Source: Halodesulfurarchaeum sp. (GTDB lineage: Archaea; Halobacteriota; Halobacteria; Halobacteriales; Halobacteriaceae). From it: a DNA stretch of 64,000 nt. A model generated the notes under the pieces. The model saw nothing but the letters and a program-made list of their open reading frames with translations. It was not told the DNA's origin and made no database searches. Below are positions 62,710 through 64,000 of this stretch, piece after piece. How positions within the stretch are numbered: position 1 is the first letter of the stretch; each line of letters starts with the position of its first letter. The DNA is taken from contig JAXHNL010000002.1 of assembly GCA_034520565.1 (NCBI GenBank), positions 1,184,001 through 1,248,000 on the forward strand, given 5' to 3'. The position numbers and the translations under genes were made by a program.

Positions 62710-63276
62710 TTATTTCCACTTGATCGAACAGCCGCGTGACGGAATCTCCTCGACGTCGACCGGTTCGCCCGCGAGCACCGCGTCAATGGCCTGCCGCATC
62801 TCGAAGCCGGGTTCTCCGCTCGGTTCAGCGTCCGGGCTCTGGGCGTCGTCCAGCCGCCCGTGGTACACGAGCGTGAACTCGCCGTCGGTGCCATCGAAGA
62901 GGAACGGATCGGGCGTGCACGCTGCTCCGTAGGCCTCGGCCACTGCCTGTGACCCGTCCCGAAGGTAGGCGTCGTAGGCAACCGTCCCGTCCGCGACCAG
63001 TTCCCGCATTCGCTCGAACGAATCGTCGGGGTACTCCTCGGCGTCGTTGGGATTGATCCCGACGACTGCGACGTCGTCGTAGTCCGTGGCGATGTCGTTC
63101 AGCGTCTCGAACTTCGACTTCGCGTACGGACAGTGGTTGCAGGTGAACACGACGAGGAGGGCGTCGTACTCACCGAAATCCGACAGCGAGTACGTTTTGT
63201 CGTCGGTCCCCGGGAGTTCGAAGTCCGGTGCCGGCGTGTCGTGTTCGAGTTCGTCGGTCGAAGATTCGACAACCAT
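62710..63276 (-). CDS. Thioredoxin-family / AhpC-TSA-like protein
   Basis: APDFELP, FTCNHCPY, CTPD, YHGRLDD, GCSIKW. Confidence 0.92.
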   Translation of the reverse strand: MVVESSTDELEHDTPAPDFELPGTDDKTYSLSDFGEYDALLVVFTCNHCPYAKSKFETLNDIATDYDDVAVVGINPNDAEEYPDDSFERMRELVADGTVAYDAYLRDGSQAVAEAYGAACTPDPFLFDGTDGEFTLVYHGRLDDAQSPDAEPSGEPGFEMRQAIDAVLAGEPVDVEEIPSRGCSIKWK

Positions 63277-63380
63277 GCCCGACCGTAGCAGCCCCCGGCT
63301 CAAACGGATTTGGGTGGCGGACCGACCGTCCGGGACCGTCGTCTCGGGCATTTATGCGGCGGCGGCCTGTACGTTCGTCT

Positions 63381-63659
63381 ATGCCCGACCGCAAGCGAGC
63401 TCACGTCTACGTCTCCGGACGGGTGCAAGGGGTCTACTTTCGGGCGAACACGCGCGATCAGGCCCGGAAACGTGACGTCGATGGCTGGGTCAAAAATCTC
63501 GCGGACGGCCGCGTCGAAGCGGTCTTCGAAGGCGAGCCGGCCGCCGTCGAGTCGATGATCGAGTGGTGTCACGAGGGGAGCCCGGCTGCCGAAGTTAGTG
63601 ACGTCACCGTTTCCACGGAGGAACCGATTGCGCTGGAGGGGTTCGAGATCAGGCGCTAA
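63381..63659 (+). CDS. acyP: Acylphosphatase
   Basis: VSGRVQGVYFR, GWVKN..DGRVE. Confidence 0.95.
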   Translation: MPDRKRAHVYVSGRVQGVYFRANTRDQARKRDVDGWVKNLADGRVEAVFEGEPAAVESMIEWCHEGSPAAEVSDVTVSTEEPIALEGFEIRR

Positions 63660-63672
63660 CCCGTCTCGCGTT

Positions 63673-64000
63673 TCACTCCTCGTCGGCCACGCTCGGGTGC
63701 TGGGTCGGTTCATCCGGGTGCGGTTCGGCAAAGAACGATTGCATGACCTCGAGCGATTCGGCCTCTCGATCCCGGCGTTCCGACTCGGAGATTTCCTCAC
63801 AGCCCGGAGGGACGTCTCGACTGCGGCCGGTGAAGTAGCCCTCTGGAGCGATCCAGTCGTGGTAGAAATTCACGTCCGAATCCTCGACGACGGCGACGCC
63901 CACTGATGCTCCGTGTCCGGCGACGATGACCGTCTGATACGGTTGCATCGCCAGCCGTCCAGCGGCGTAGAGCCCGTCGACGCCGGTCCGGCCCCGGTCG
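63673..64000 (-). CDS. C-terminal part of an FAD-dependent (TrxB-like) oxidoreductase, partial
   Basis: The frame extends to the window edge: GRTGVDGLYAAG..QTVIVAGHG..YHDW. Confidence 0.75.
   Translation of the reverse strand, partial: DRGRTGVDGLYAAGRLAMQPYQTVIVAGHGASVGVAVVEDSDVNFYHDWIAPEGYFTGRSRDVPPGCEEISESERRDREAESLEVMQSFFAEPHPDEPTQHPSVADEE

Overview
High-GC haloarchaeal (Halobacteria) chromosome window with an acidic proteome. 1-25 kb is an anaerobic-respiration region. It holds a Tat-exported nitrate reductase operon (membrane ORF, Rieske, cytochrome b, small ORF, narG, narH, DOMON heme-b subunit, chaperone, membrane protein, HEAT protein). A Cys-rich NarO/DmsR-type regulator and a block of accessory genes follow, and a CGAA-N4-TTCG palindrome recurs in their intergenic regions. 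26-30 kb holds DHH, FNT and a UPF0175/PIN toxin-antitoxin pair, ending at tRNA-Glu(TTC). 30.6-64 kb is core housekeeping: RimK fusion, sdhCDBA, purD, thiI, mat, pyrBI, rpp30-pop5-psmA-SBDS, hflX, moaC, nnr, aIF2b, EF1b, nop5-flpA, gshA, coaD and tRNA-Leu(TAG). The most unusual signal is at both tRNAs. Each is followed by an array of 130-165 bp nested-hairpin units punctuated by copies or mimics of the tRNA 3' end. The units carry a GA-N-C-GNA-G-N'-GA mini-hairpin that shows compensatory changes, swapping and exact inversion between copies. At tRNA-Glu the toxin-antitoxin pair appears to sit inside one unit. Several genes (narG, narH, sdhC, purD, cyaB) carry frameshifts that most likely reflect sequencing indels. 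All family assignments come from motif recognition by eye; no searches were run.
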